Shown: piece after piece, positions 18,773 to 29,179 of the stretch
Position numbering within the stretch: position 1 is the first letter of the stretch
Layout: each line of letters starts with the position of its first letter
From: an uncultured archaeon
Lineage (GTDB): Archaea; Asgardarchaeota; Heimdallarchaeia; Heimdallarchaeales; Heimdallarchaeaceae
Assembly (NCBI GenBank): GCA_964549075.1
Contig: CAZJUB010000002.1
Span: 17,723 to 50,765, forward strand
Direction: 5' to 3'
Length of the DNA: 33,043 bases
The notes under the pieces: generated by a model
Databases searched by the model: none
The model's input: only the letters and a program-made list of their open reading frames with translations
What the model was told of the DNA's origin: nothing
Made by a program: the position numbers and the translations under genes

Positions 18773-20095
18773 TCATTTTCGTTTTATTTTTGCCATAAAA
18801 AATCCTTCAGTCTCATGTAGATGAGGAAATACTTCTTGTACTACTCCTGCGTCTATTTCTGTTTGGATACCGATTGTTGGATTTGTTTTCTCTAGATAGA
18901 AATCAGTATTTTCTTTCAAAAAAGACGCAATCTGATTAGAATTTTCTTCTTGAAATAAAGAACATGTAGAGTAGATAATAGTTCCTTTTTCCTTAATCAA
19001 GGAAGCAGCAGCTTCTAACAGCTCTTTTTGAAGGTTAACGTACCATTGTAAATCTCTTGGTTTTAATCGCCACCTATTCTCAGGTCTGGATGAGTATGTA
19101 CCTGACCCTGAACAAGGAGGATCAAGAAGAATTTTATCAAAAGTAGAATTGATTCTCTTATGGAGTTCTCTTGCATCAGTTTTTATTGTTTTTATACCTT
19201 TAACACGTAAAAGCTTCAGTCTGTTTTTCAAAAGCATAGTTCTTTCATCATTTATATCCACAGCTGTAATACCTTTTCCAGTTCCTATAAGAGCTGCAAT
19301 ATGTGATGTCTTACCTCCTGGAGATGCACACATATCAAGTATCCGCTCACCTTTCTTAGGATTCAGAATAATAGAAACTACTGCAGAAGCTTTCTGCTGA
19401 ACAACTATTTCTCCTTGGATATATTCTTTTATTCTAGGAATTGGGACCGGACTCGTTTCTATCTTTAGGAGGTTTGTGATTTCGTTAACTCTTGAGTATT
19501 GAATATCTTGTTCTTTTAATGATCGCTCAACTTTATCTAGTCGAGATTTTAGAGTGTTAACTCTTACATAAAGTGGAGGATTTATCTCAAGTGATTGCAG
19601 CAATTCTAAAGTAAATTCCTCTCCCCGTTGATTTATAAATCTTCTAATTATCCAAGTAGGAAGAAAAAATTGGAGAGAAAGTCTGGTTGCGAGATCATTT
19701 CGATCTTTGAGAAGCTGAAATTCCTCTATATCCTCTATTGATTTAAGAATAGCTAGGAAATTAAAATTTCCAATTTGAGAATAATATCCTTGCAGAAGTT
19801 TATAAACATCAGTCACTGATTTTTTCTTGATTTTCAACAAATAAGTTGAGAGTCTAAATAGACTTCTATTCTCAGGTTTTATCTTTTTAAGAGAAAAGGA
19901 AGGAGAACCGGTTTTGATATACATATCAATTAAATTGAGTTTTTTATATATTTCAAAAACAGAAACATATAGAATAGATTCATCTTCTTTTGATATCTTG
20001 GTATTTTCAATAACAGATCTAAGAGAGGAACGAATAGATTTTCCTCTGTCTATAGCTTTGAGAGCAGTAAGTACCAAAGGTAAGAGATTATCCAT
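18773..20095 (-). CDS. RsmB/NOL1/NOP2 RNA cytosine-C5 methyltransferase with NusB-like N-terminal region
   Basis: VRVNTLK, DMCASPGGKT, LLDPPCSGSG, YSTCSL..EEN, GFF.A; GAGGGGGT upstream supports the ATG at 20095. Confidence 0.93.
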   Translation of the reverse strand: MDNLLPLVLTALKAIDRGKSIRSSLRSVIENTKISKEDESILYVSVFEIYKKLNLIDMYIKTGSPSFSLKKIKPENRSLFRLSTYLLKIKKKSVTDVYKLLQGYYSQIGNFNFLAILKSIEDIEEFQLLKDRNDLATRLSLQFFLPTWIIRRFINQRGEEFTLELLQSLEINPPLYVRVNTLKSRLDKVERSLKEQDIQYSRVNEITNLLKIETSPVPIPRIKEYIQGEIVVQQKASAVVSIILNPKKGERILDMCASPGGKTSHIAALIGTGKGITAVDINDERTMLLKNRLKLLRVKGIKTIKTDARELHKRINSTFDKILLDPPCSGSGTYSSRPENRWRLKPRDLQWYVNLQKELLEAAASLIKEKGTIIYSTCSLFQEENSNQIASFLKENTDFYLEKTNPTIGIQTEIDAGVVQEVFPHLHETEGFFMAKIKRK

Positions 20096-20122
20096 ATTTG
20101 ACCCCCTCATTCTAAATTAAAT

Positions 20123-20935
20123 TTATTTTTTATTGTGCAATTCTTGGTAAGTAAGACCCCCCTTTGTTTCAAAAGGTTGGAATAAAACTTGTTCTCCAAC
20201 CTCTAGTTGAAGAATTTGTGCAAATTTGCGAAGAGCAATATTACAATAATCAACAAATGGAACATAAATAAAATTCATTTTGCTGTTCTGGTATAATGGA
20301 AGCTTAATAGAATCAATCTTAAAACTGATTATAGTATTAACACCTTCATTCTGTAAAAATTCTAATTGTGTTGAAGAGAAAGAATTTCTTTCAAGAACCA
20401 TTGACAGGTTAGAATCGTCATGAGCAAAAGGATAAGCAAACCAATTCTTGTTCAAATGGCTCAAATTAGTAAGATAATCATCAAAAGTGATATTTTGAGT
20501 ATCCCATTTAATAAGTGGAAATGCATCATTTCTTGTAAGTTCGATAGCATTGACATTTGTTAATCCTAAAGTCTGTAAGAAATATGCAAAACTTCCTTTT
20601 TGAGAATAAATCCACTCTTCTGGTAAGTGAATGGTTTTAATGTTGTTTGTTACGAGGGCTTTAAGGAGTTCAAAATCTCTTTCTGATAAAGGAAATTTTG
20701 TTTGTGTTATGGAAAGTGGCAAAAGAGTTATTGCAAGTAAAGCGTTATTATCTTTCATAAAATGAACGAGTTTCAGATTCATCAATGGTGAAGTAATGAT
20801 ACATTTTACATTTGTTGCTTTGAGTTTATGTTCGGAATAGGTTCCGAATTCTATGCCAAAATTTACTGAATCTATAACTTCTTTGTCACAGATATTTCTT
20901 AAAGAAACCAGAATTTCATCTAACGATTTTGTCAT
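20123..20935 (-). CDS. Degenerate NIF3/DUF34-like protein
   Basis: N-terminus LDEI...L...NFGIEFG...VKCI...LAITLLPL parallels NIF3 (DN.GLQ.G...V..I...LIITHHP) but lacks the histidines; ATG at 20935 avoids overlap with tyrS. Confidence 0.55.
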   Translation of the reverse strand: MTKSLDEILVSLRNICDKEVIDSVNFGIEFGTYSEHKLKATNVKCIITSPLMNLKLVHFMKDNNALLAITLLPLSITQTKFPLSERDFELLKALVTNNIKTIHLPEEWIYSQKGSFAYFLQTLGLTNVNAIELTRNDAFPLIKWDTQNITFDDYLTNLSHLNKNWFAYPFAHDDSNLSMVLERNSFSSTQLEFLQNEGVNTIISFKIDSIKLPLYQNSKMNFIYVPFVDYCNIALRKFAQILQLEVGEQVLFQPFETKGGLTYQELHNKK

Positions 20936-21020
20936 GTTAAGAAAAAGGAGGAAGAATGACTTAAAAACACTTTGGGGGCATACTTGAATCTGAAGAAAAT
21001 TATACAGTAACCACATGTTG

Positions 21021-22004
21021 TTATTGCTTTTCAAAGACTTTCTTTACAGGAGCAAAGATAAATGTTAATTCTTTAGCCACGGTTTTCTTTAAATCAAGGG
21101 GATGTAATTCACCTGCTTTAAAAGATCTTTCTAATGTTGTATAATTACTAAATTGCAAATCCCCTCCAAATTTTTCTGGTCTTTCGATTTTTAACGAATC
21201 TATATTGGGAAAAATAATTAACCGAGCTATCTGAAGAACAGGATTTTCTTCAACAGTTTTAGCTGGACAATATGCTTTCCTCATTTTTTCATATATATTA
21301 TCTTCTGAATCTGTAACAGAAATCATAGATTCTGGAATAGAAGAAGACATTTTAGATCCTGGTCCTGTTAATGCTGAAATAAGTGGAGTATGAACACAAG
21401 TTGGTGATGGTAAATCAAGTTCAGATGGGAAGAGTTCTCTAGCTAACATGTGAATTTTTCTTTGTTCCATACCTCCTTGAGCAGCATCAAGATCCAAGTA
21501 TTTAATGTCTAGAGTTTGCATGAGCGGGTAAATCATTTGAGAAACTGTAGCGTTATCAATATCTCGAGCAACTTCCTGCATTGATCGTAGACCTCTCTTT
21601 ATTGAAGTTCTCAAAGCTAGTTTATGGAGTTCTCTGATATACTCCTTTGTATACTGAAAATCACTTCCTAAAACAATTTCAGGATTTTTCAAACCTAATG
21701 CATTCATGGCTTTTTCCCATAAAACACACTGTTGAGCTATTTCCTCTTCTGTTCCTTTTTTATTTAATAAGGCATGAACATCAGCAAGGAGGATTTTAAC
21801 ATGAAATCCAGCAGCCTCCATATCTTTTAGTTTCATCACAGTTACAGCATGACCTATATGAACAGGACCACTAGGTTCATATCCAGTATAAACGTTAGGT
21901 TTGGTTTTTGTTTCTAAAATACTTCTTAACTCGTCTTCTGTTACGATTTCTTCAGTATTTCTTTTTATCAAATCAAATTTAACTTGAGAATCCATATGAA
22001 CCAT
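21021..22004 (-). CDS. tyrS: Tyrosine--tRNA ligase, archaeal type
   Basis: YTGYEPSG.VHIGH, YPLMQ.LD, GGMEQRKIH, KMSSS, LHPLDLK. Confidence 0.96.
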   Translation of the reverse strand: MVHMDSQVKFDLIKRNTEEIVTEDELRSILETKTKPNVYTGYEPSGPVHIGHAVTVMKLKDMEAAGFHVKILLADVHALLNKKGTEEEIAQQCVLWEKAMNALGLKNPEIVLGSDFQYTKEYIRELHKLALRTSIKRGLRSMQEVARDIDNATVSQMIYPLMQTLDIKYLDLDAAQGGMEQRKIHMLARELFPSELDLPSPTCVHTPLISALTGPGSKMSSSIPESMISVTDSEDNIYEKMRKAYCPAKTVEENPVLQIARLIIFPNIDSLKIERPEKFGGDLQFSNYTTLERSFKAGELHPLDLKKTVAKELTFIFAPVKKVFEKQ

Positions 22005-22072
22005 CTGATAATTTAATATTATCAGAAGTTTTCTGAATCACCTTAAAAAGATTAAGAAAAGAGATTGATAAC

Positions 22073-22774
22073 TCATGATTCTTTTATTTGCCACCCACAG
22101 GCAACCCAAGCTTCCTTCATTTTTGGATTCTTTTCTAGGAATCTATCAACAAGTTCCTTGGGTACTTTATTCATTGAACAAGAGAAATTTGCGCATCTTT
22201 TACAGGTATTACCTAATAATACTCTCGAAAAATACCCTGCTACTACCATAAATAGAAAAGAGCAAATCACCAGTGGGATACCTGCAAATAAGTAAACGTT
22301 ATAATTTAGTGCGAAGTAGATTATTCCCCAAACAATTCCCAAAAAAGGGAATAAATCAATAAAAGTACCAAATATCAACATGATAATTTTTTCTGTTCTA
22401 CTAATTGGTTCAGGTTTATATTCCCAAAGTTTAGGCATACCTCTTAAAGCCCAACATCTCAGAAACTTCCCCTCTTTTTCATAGAAAGGACAATGACTGC
22501 ACAACAATCTAGGCTCTAAAATTAGAAAAGTAAATAGAAGAACCATAATATATAAAATAAACATCCACCAATGACCAATTATAAGTCCTGAGAAAACAAA
22601 GATTGCAATAGCAAAAATCCGATAGGCAATATTTCCTATTGTAAATTTGTTAGCAAATTTCTTATCTACAAAACAGATTAATTCACCCTCAATATCACAT
22701 TCAGCACAACTTGAATTTTCATCTGCAATGCAATTCTTCGGCAATTCTAATATTGCTTCATCAGACACAGTCAT
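22073..22774 (-). CDS. Cys-rich four-TM membrane protein of unknown function
   Basis: Two TM hairpins with Cys clusters C...CAEC...C, LCSHCPFY...C and CKRCANFSC. Confidence 0.8.
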   Translation of the reverse strand: MTVSDEAILELPKNCIADENSSCAECDIEGELICFVDKKFANKFTIGNIAYRIFAIAIFVFSGLIIGHWWMFILYIMVLLFTFLILEPRLLCSHCPFYEKEGKFLRCWALRGMPKLWEYKPEPISRTEKIIMLIFGTFIDLFPFLGIVWGIIYFALNYNVYLFAGIPLVICSFLFMVVAGYFSRVLLGNTCKRCANFSCSMNKVPKELVDRFLEKNPKMKEAWVACGWQIKES

Positions 22775-22812
22775 ATTAAGAATAAGAATGAAGAATATGC
22801 TTTAAATTTTTT

Positions 22813-23835
22813 CTAGAAATCTATTATCTCTTGTTTAATCTTGTGCTTTTCCATAAAATTTTCCAACTCAGAAAATTTAATAGGTGTACCAACTCGAACC
22901 CCTGTAGCTTCAATTTCCATTGCACTTAATGCAGCAGCAATCTTGGATGTATCTTCCAATGATTTTCCCATTAGAGTTCCATATATTATTCCACTCATAG
23001 TAGCATCGCCTGCTCCTGTAGAATCTACAAGAAGAGTTTTGGGAGGAGTGGTTTTCACAAGCTGTTGACCATCACTAAACCATTGCCCTTCATGTCCTAG
23101 AGTAATATTTACTTTTTCCAATCCCCAATCAAATAGTGTTTTCATTCCATCAAGAATATCTTTCTTTCCTGTAAGAGCTATAAGTTCCTCATTATTCATA
23201 CTTGTAATTTGACTGCTTTTCAAGAGATCAATTGTTTCTTCAAGACGGTGCTTTATTATGGATATGGAAGGTGCTCCTGCAACTATTCCATTTGTTGGCT
23301 TTGTAAGTTCTATGCAATGCTTAATTGCATCAATAGCATGATCAGAAGTAAGTGATGTCCAAGCAAAACATTTTGTAGATAATAGCATATTTTCAAGAAT
23401 ATTAGTTTTTGAGAATAAATTATTTGCACCTTTATAAGCTAAAATCGATCTATCCTTTCCCCATGGAGTTATCAGAACAATGGAGACTGCAGTTATATCT
23501 TTATTGAAAATCTTCACGCCAGAAACATCTACACCGTGGCCTTTCATGTTATCCAAACAAACTTTTCCATTCATATCATCACCCACTCCACCAAGATAGG
23601 CTGTGTGGAAACCTATGTTCGATAAGTTACAAGCTATATTGGCTGCAGAACCACCAGGGAAGAATTTTATAGACTTGACATTCAATTTGCTAGAATATTC
23701 TATTGCAATATATTTCTTCTCAACTTGATTCTCTCCCGAGAGTTCCATTCTCATCAAATCATCAAAGGTAAAAATCATATCCATAGTACATGAACCTAAA
23801 CTAATCAAATCATATTTTTTATTCTCGTTATTCAT
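22813..23835 (-). CDS. PfkB/ribokinase-family carbohydrate or nucleoside kinase
   Basis: GGSAANIA, G.VGDD.NG, NNEE, ITLG..G, DSTGAGDA. Confidence 0.93.
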   Translation of the reverse strand: MNNENKKYDLISLGSCTMDMIFTFDDLMRMELSGENQVEKKYIAIEYSSKLNVKSIKFFPGGSAANIACNLSNIGFHTAYLGGVGDDMNGKVCLDNMKGHGVDVSGVKIFNKDITAVSIVLITPWGKDRSILAYKGANNLFSKTNILENMLLSTKCFAWTSLTSDHAIDAIKHCIELTKPTNGIVAGAPSISIIKHRLEETIDLLKSSQITSMNNEELIALTGKKDILDGMKTLFDWGLEKVNITLGHEGQWFSDGQQLVKTTPPKTLLVDSTGAGDATMSGIIYGTLMGKSLEDTSKIAAALSAMEIEATGVRVGTPIKFSELENFMEKHKIKQEIIDF

Positions 23836-23891
23836 TGAAAGAAATATTATTGCTCTGTTTAATAAACTATACTAAAAAGAGGAGAAGTAGG

Positions 23892-25697
23892 CTATGAAAT
23901 TATAAAAAATTCAGTAGCCCATAAAATACCTTCATCATCCTCAGTGAATGTATATTGGATAACATCTCCGACATTAGCTAAAACGACACCATTCCAATGA
24001 GTCTCATTAAGATAAGATTGAGAACATCTAATAATTCGAGAATCATTTAATTGGAATACAAATATGCTATCTCCTCCTTCCACATACATACCTACATCTT
24101 CAATCTGAGCAAATTCATATTCTTGTTGAGGAGTCCCTGATGCAAAAAATGATTTGAATTCTAATCTTGCTTCTTTAACCACTTGAGACCCAGTGAGACC
24201 TTCTGCTTCAGCTATTGAGATATAACTTGAATCTAGAGCATCAATTACACAAACATGGGACAGTCTTTGTACTGATCCACTTTGCCAATATATTGGAATA
24301 AACCAAGCAAGTCTATAACCAATTGTTGTATTAATGGTATAAGGTACTGGCATTTGAACTATGTAACTTCCTGTATTGGGAGCTGTTAGTTGTCCTCTAG
24401 CTAATTTAGATGCTGTAAGAGCAGATATAAATCCTCTACTTCGTAGATCATAAAAAGTAGTCCCATTCTTTCTTATAATTCCAATTCCTCCAAGTGTCTC
24501 TTCTGAATCTTTTGGATGAGTAGCAAAGAAAGCTAAAGTTTTATTTTCAAATTTAACATATCGTATATCTTCAACTCCTTCACCATAGAATCCCAACCTA
24601 TCTGAACTATAATTAGGGAATCCACTAAATAATCTTATATTCCCTTCAACTGATGTATCTCGCTTGTTTCCCCAATTTATTATCCACTTTTCTTCGATTA
24701 ATACTTCAGAATAAATCTGTAAGATATAATCTGGTGTTGAGTCTAATTCGTTTACTGAGTAGTGAACAATCAACTCACCAGTTTTGATATCGAGAACATC
24801 TATACCATCAGATTTCCATGCACCATAAACATCTCTAGTGGTTCTTGTAACAACATATACCCATTCAAATCCTGTCCAAGCTGGATAGGATCGCAGATAT
24901 TTAGCTCCTTGATCACGTCTATAGTTTTTGAGAACAATATCATGGTTTCTCCAGAGACCTTCAGCATAGTTGAAATCTCCTCTAGCAAAATTAATAATTA
25001 TTGGTTCAGCATTTGGACTGTTCACTTCTACTAAGATTAAACCCCAAGCCAAATTAAATTGTCCTGGTGTCCAAAACTGCGCAGAAGATTTAGGTGCGTA
25101 TATCATACACCAATAGATAGAACCATTTACATAGATTACATTAGCTTCCATTAGTTCAGCATTAGAACCGAAGACTGCTTTGTTTTGTTCAGCTTTACTT
25201 ATAGCAAATTCTTTTGTGACAAGACGGATATTACCATCTATCTCGCTTTCCTCATTCAAAACAACAAAAGGTAAATTTGTTGAATCATAAATTACCATTG
25301 ATTCGAAGTGTTTTGCACTCAGCATAGTTTTTCGAATACCCAACAAGGAGTGCCCTCCGATTATGATTATCAAAATCAAAACAACAAATAAGATGGCTGA
25401 TTTTCTTTTTCGTATTACTCTAGCAATAATGTTGGTTCTATTCATCGTAATTTCAAATGTTAATGCAAGAACGATAGTGATAGATCCTACCAGTATCAAA
25501 TGCTCATAAACCGCTACCATCATAGTTCTAGTCCAGAAACCAACAACCCATACACCTAACAATAAGAAACAAAAAACACCTATAGAGAGATGTCCTAGTG
25601 TTTTGTTTCTCTGTCTTATTCGAAATATTATCCATATTAGTGGTACATAGGCTATAAATAATAGAAAAGTAACACCTGCATAACCCATAAACTGCAA
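23892..25697 (-). CDS. Membrane protein with four N-terminal TM helices and a large aromatic-rich extracytoplasmic region
   Basis: Hydrophobic first ~120 aa, then ~480 aa predicted beta-rich; start codon uncertain. Confidence 0.8.
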   Translation of the reverse strand: MQFMGYAGVTFLLFIAYVPLIWIIFRIRQRNKTLGHLSIGVFCFLLLGVWVVGFWTRTMMVAVYEHLILVGSITIVLALTFEITMNRTNIIARVIRKRKSAILFVVLILIIIIGGHSLLGIRKTMLSAKHFESMVIYDSTNLPFVVLNEESEIDGNIRLVTKEFAISKAEQNKAVFGSNAELMEANVIYVNGSIYWCMIYAPKSSAQFWTPGQFNLAWGLILVEVNSPNAEPIIINFARGDFNYAEGLWRNHDIVLKNYRRDQGAKYLRSYPAWTGFEWVYVVTRTTRDVYGAWKSDGIDVLDIKTGELIVHYSVNELDSTPDYILQIYSEVLIEEKWIINWGNKRDTSVEGNIRLFSGFPNYSSDRLGFYGEGVEDIRYVKFENKTLAFFATHPKDSEETLGGIGIIRKNGTTFYDLRSRGFISALTASKLARGQLTAPNTGSYIVQMPVPYTINTTIGYRLAWFIPIYWQSGSVQRLSHVCVIDALDSSYISIAEAEGLTGSQVVKEARLEFKSFFASGTPQQEYEFAQIEDVGMYVEGGDSIFVFQLNDSRIIRCSQSYLNETHWNGVVLANVGDVIQYTFTEDDEGILWATEFFIIS

Positions 25698-25848
25698 TTG
25701 CTAGCTTCCAATATAAATTTATTTTAAATTACAATACAAATCTTTTCTTTCTAATAGGCTTTCCTCAAATCTAATTTCATCCATATTTCTAAAAGATTAT
25801 AAATACTCTCTAAAATAAATTTTTATTTATATAGAGTAAAAAAACCAC

Positions 25849-26733
25849 ATGAGTAAAACTACTATTCTCTCGAATATAGCTGCTGATATACCTGAGAATC
25901 TAATAAATAAATACCGAATTTTCATGATACAAGTACCTGTAGAATTTCCTGATACTAATGAAGTCTTACTTTATCCTAGAGATATTAATTTTGAAGATTT
26001 TCTTAAGAGACTTCATACAGATAGAAATTATCCTCAGCCAGTTCAACCCAAAATTGATTACTTTGTAAAAGTTTTTGAGAAATTAGAAAAAGAAGGAAAT
26101 GACAATCTGCTAATCATCAATATGACATCAAGGGGAACAGGCATAGTAAACACTGTTAAGGTTAGTATTAGGCAATATCAAAAAGAAGGAGGAAAATGCA
26201 ATTTTTTCCAATATGATTCAAAAGAAGGTTCTTTTGGGGTCGGTATTTCAGTAATTAAAGCAGCCAAACTCTTAGAAGAAGGATACTCATTTGAGGAGAC
26301 AATTGCTAGTTTAGAAGATTTTAAAACTAAAGAATTAGTCACAACCTTTACATTTGAGAGCCTAAAATTCCTTCAGAGAAGTGGACGAATTGGTTTAATA
26401 AAATATCTCATGGGATCTGTTCTTAATATTCATCCTTGTTTGGAAGGAACAAGAGAAGGAGAAATAAACTCATTTCATCAAGCAAAGACATATGATGATG
26501 CAATTGAAAATATTATAAATCGAGCCTATGATAAGTTAAAACATTTCAAAAATCTAGGTTGTTATATAGTAGCAGGAAATGCAGAAAGGGGATCAAAACT
26601 TGCAAAACAAATACTAATCGAACAATTTCCAGAAGTGCATTTCTACAGTATAATTCCAATGAGTGGTATAACGTATTGTTTTACAGGACCAGGTTCTGTT
26701 ATTATTGTAATGTTCAATGATTTTAAGCACTAA
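25849..26733 (+). CDS. DegV/FakB-family lipid-binding protein, divergent
   Basis: ADIP, QP, YDS, L.FLQRSGRIG, G.VLNIHP.L, TGPG. Confidence 0.88.
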   Translation: MSKTTILSNIAADIPENLINKYRIFMIQVPVEFPDTNEVLLYPRDINFEDFLKRLHTDRNYPQPVQPKIDYFVKVFEKLEKEGNDNLLIINMTSRGTGIVNTVKVSIRQYQKEGGKCNFFQYDSKEGSFGVGISVIKAAKLLEEGYSFEETIASLEDFKTKELVTTFTFESLKFLQRSGRIGLIKYLMGSVLNIHPCLEGTREGEINSFHQAKTYDDAIENIINRAYDKLKHFKNLGCYIVAGNAERGSKLAKQILIEQFPEVHFYSIIPMSGITYCFTGPGSVIIVMFNDFKH

Positions 26734-26770
26734 ATAAGTTTCTAAAAAGAAAAAACGAAAAGAGTAACTT

Positions 26771-27619
26771 TTACTCTTTTAATACTTCATACCATTTCTT
26801 CAAAGTTGCAGTTTTCCACTGTTCTCTTCCTTCTCTAGGAGGATAATACTCAATCTTTTCTGCCTGTTCCAGAATTTCTTCCTCAGATTTACCTTCAGCA
26901 ATTTGCTCTTTCATAAGTTTGACTACTTTTTCAAGATAATCAAGAAACTCTTTTACAGGCTTTTTATCAGAGATTTGACCATGTCCAGGAATATAATATT
27001 CTACATCTAGAGAAAGATATTCTTTCAATGCTGCAATCCAATGGATAGGATTAGCTGAAGGTGGTCCTCCCCACGGAAATTGTCTATTAAATAGATTATC
27101 TCCAGCAAATAAGACCTTATAGTTTGGACAATAAACGTAACTTGACCCTTCAGTATGCCCTCCAGTTCTTTTTACAATAACCTTTACATCACCATCTACC
27201 AATTCGTATTTGTTTGTGAAGGTTTTATCTGCTAAGACAATCCTTAATCCTTCCAATGTCGATGGATCTTCTGCATTTTTTCTCAATTCCTCTAAGGCTT
27301 TTGGTGTCCAGTTTTTCTCTTGCGAATTTACCATCTCTTCATAATTAATCTTAGATGTAATTATAGCACAATCTTCAAAGATTTGATTCCCAAAAACATG
27401 ATCACCATGAGCATGAGTAAGAAAAAGAATAGAAGCTTTTTTACCTGTTTCTTGTTCTATATGTTCTCGGAATTTTTTAATTTGAGGAATATTCATCCCC
27501 GAATCAACAAAAACTATCTGTGAAGGTAAGACATAAGCAGTAACATTACCTCTAGTACTCCCATCTGTAATAGCATAAACATTCTCATTTACTTTATCAA
27601 TAGACACGAAATACACCAA
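26771..27619 (-). CDS. Metallo-beta-lactamase-fold hydrolase (cyclase-like)
   Basis: VDSG, THAHGDH.FGN, GHT.G, FAGD, IPGHG. Confidence 0.92.
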   Translation of the reverse strand: MVYFVSIDKVNENVYAITDGSTRGNVTAYVLPSQIVFVDSGMNIPQIKKFREHIEQETGKKASILFLTHAHGDHVFGNQIFEDCAIITSKINYEEMVNSQEKNWTPKALEELRKNAEDPSTLEGLRIVLADKTFTNKYELVDGDVKVIVKRTGGHTEGSSYVYCPNYKVLFAGDNLFNRQFPWGGPPSANPIHWIAALKEYLSLDVEYYIPGHGQISDKKPVKEFLDYLEKVVKLMKEQIAEGKSEEEILEQAEKIEYYPPREGREQWKTATLKKWYEVLKE

Positions 27620-27784
27620 TTAAGTGAAGAAAATAGAAGTAGAAAAAACTTTTGGATAAAAGAAAGCCGATACAAGACTCAGGTAAATTAGGTGATATTT
27701 TAAAAAAGTACCAAGTAAACAACGATTCATTTAATCAAAAAGAACAGCATGAACTTCTGGAATAAATCTTAAATATAGCCAAAT

Positions 27785-28552
27785 ATGGTCAGATTTGTTA
27801 GTGATACAATGTATACTATGTCTGTTACTCCTCGAATAAGTGAGATAGATGTTAATGAGAAGGTTAAACTCACTGCTCTTATGGATTATTTTCAGCATAT
27901 CGCTTACAAGCATGCTGATGAATTAGGGATTGGTCATCATCAGATTTTTCACCAAGGACTTACCTGGTTGCTTTTGAGATATACTCTAAAAGTTCACCGT
28001 TACACCTCCCCAAATGAAGAGTTAAAAGTATCGAGTTGGGTAGCTGAATCGGGAAGTCCTAAATATACTTTAAGAGACTTTGAGATAAAGGACAAAGAAA
28101 ATCAGATTGTTTGTCAAGCTACAACCAGTTGGTTGTTGTATAATTACAGAAAGAGACAAGCAGTCAATTACAAAGACTATTGGGCAGATTTTGTAGCAGA
28201 AGAGAGAAGAGCTTTAGATTACAGTTTTCCCAATCTTCCTTTACCAGAAAAGATTAGCTCCACAAAACAACTGAAAGCAAGATTACAAGATTTAGATATC
28301 AATCAACATGCGAACCATGTAGCGCATATCTACTGGATACTAGAAAGTATGCCAGAAAAGATCAGGAAGAAATACTACCTTGAGTCTCTTGAAATCAGCT
28401 ACAAGGAACAAGCATTCTATGAAGAAGAGATGATTGTAGAAACAGAGATTCAAGAATTGAATAGGAACGAAATCAAAGCTTTGCACCAGATAATCAAAGG
28501 AAAGAAAAGAAAGTTAGTCTCAAAATCAGTGACGGTGTGGAAGAAGTTATAA
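27785..28552 (+). CDS. Acyl-ACP thioesterase family (double hotdog) protein
   Basis: SEID, DYFQ..A..HA..LG, WLLLR, RDF.I, ATTSW, DLDINQHAN, WILES.P. Confidence 0.88.
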   Translation: MVRFVSDTMYTMSVTPRISEIDVNEKVKLTALMDYFQHIAYKHADELGIGHHQIFHQGLTWLLLRYTLKVHRYTSPNEELKVSSWVAESGSPKYTLRDFEIKDKENQIVCQATTSWLLYNYRKRQAVNYKDYWADFVAEERRALDYSFPNLPLPEKISSTKQLKARLQDLDINQHANHVAHIYWILESMPEKIRKKYYLESLEISYKEQAFYEEEMIVETEIQELNRNEIKALHQIIKGKKRKLVSKSVTVWKKL

Positions 28553-28584
28553 TCATTAATTGCTGCCAGTCGTACATATTTGCT

Positions 28585-29179
28585 ATACGGGTAGCAACGC
28601 TTTTCATTATTTAGCTATATATTTTAAAGAGCAACATGGTGCAATTATTAGCTGTCACCACGAGGTTTTACATTTTCCGAATGGCATGATGATGGTCCGA
28701 ATGACTACATTGATAGATTACCCGAAGGAGATGAAAAGGATTCTATGAATATGCGGATCAATTGCATTTTACTCCTCTTTCCAATCCTCCTTCTCCTACA
28801 TTATCTCATGTGACAGCAAGTTTGTCAGTTATGAGACCTTAAATTAACGATCTGACACCTCACCTCACGTGGGTCAAGAATCGCTTTTTCTTGCATTGGT
28901 GGTTTGTTTCTTATAGATTTATTGTCTTCGATGCTGAAGGACTGGTTTTAGTTTAGTACCAAATAAAAAAAGTTGTTTGCTTGGTACTAATAAAAATTTT
29001 CACCACCTCTCACCTTGGCTTCTAACGGCAATCTTTATGGGCTAAACATCTCGCCGAGGAAACTCAGTTTACAGTTGTTTCAAAAATCTGTTTTATGGAA
29101 TCTAAAGATAACCCCCTCAACCTTCGGATATTTTTCTGGCTTGTAAAAATAAATCACAGATTAGAGAGCCTACCCACAT
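28585..29179 (-). ncRNA. Candidate large structured non-coding RNA (~595 nt), family not recognised
   Basis: Nested long-range helices 29170-79/28585-94, 29142-48/28666-72, 29121-30/28719-28 and 29002-07/28898-903; hairpins 28953-28990 and 28804-28836; TATA-like TTTATAAT on the minus strand at 29200-29207. Confidence 0.5.

Noticed and set aside
25698-25784. In-frame upstream ATG segment (MDEIRFEESLL...) suggesting stop-codon readthrough into the 601-aa membrane gene
   Set aside because: It would need readthrough of both a TAA and a TAG, both used as normal stops here; chance or a decayed 5' end is more likely.
28560-28597. Group II intron domain V-like CGTAT...ATGTACG on the minus strand
   Set aside because: Upper stem too short, no AGC/CGC triad in place, no GTGCG 5' end and no interrupted gene. 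It could equally be a plus-strand hairpin after the thioesterase gene.
28560-28748. 62-aa ORF in the long intergenic region
   Set aside because: TTG start without an RBS, atypical composition, and overlap with the predicted RNA helices.
28686-28748. C/D-box sRNA (ATGATGA C box)
   Set aside because: No CTGA D or D' box at the expected spacing.
29056-29175. RNase P RNA (GAGGAAACTC resembles CR-I)
   Set aside because: No complementary P4/CR-V strand found and too little room before lysS; an Infernal search would settle it.
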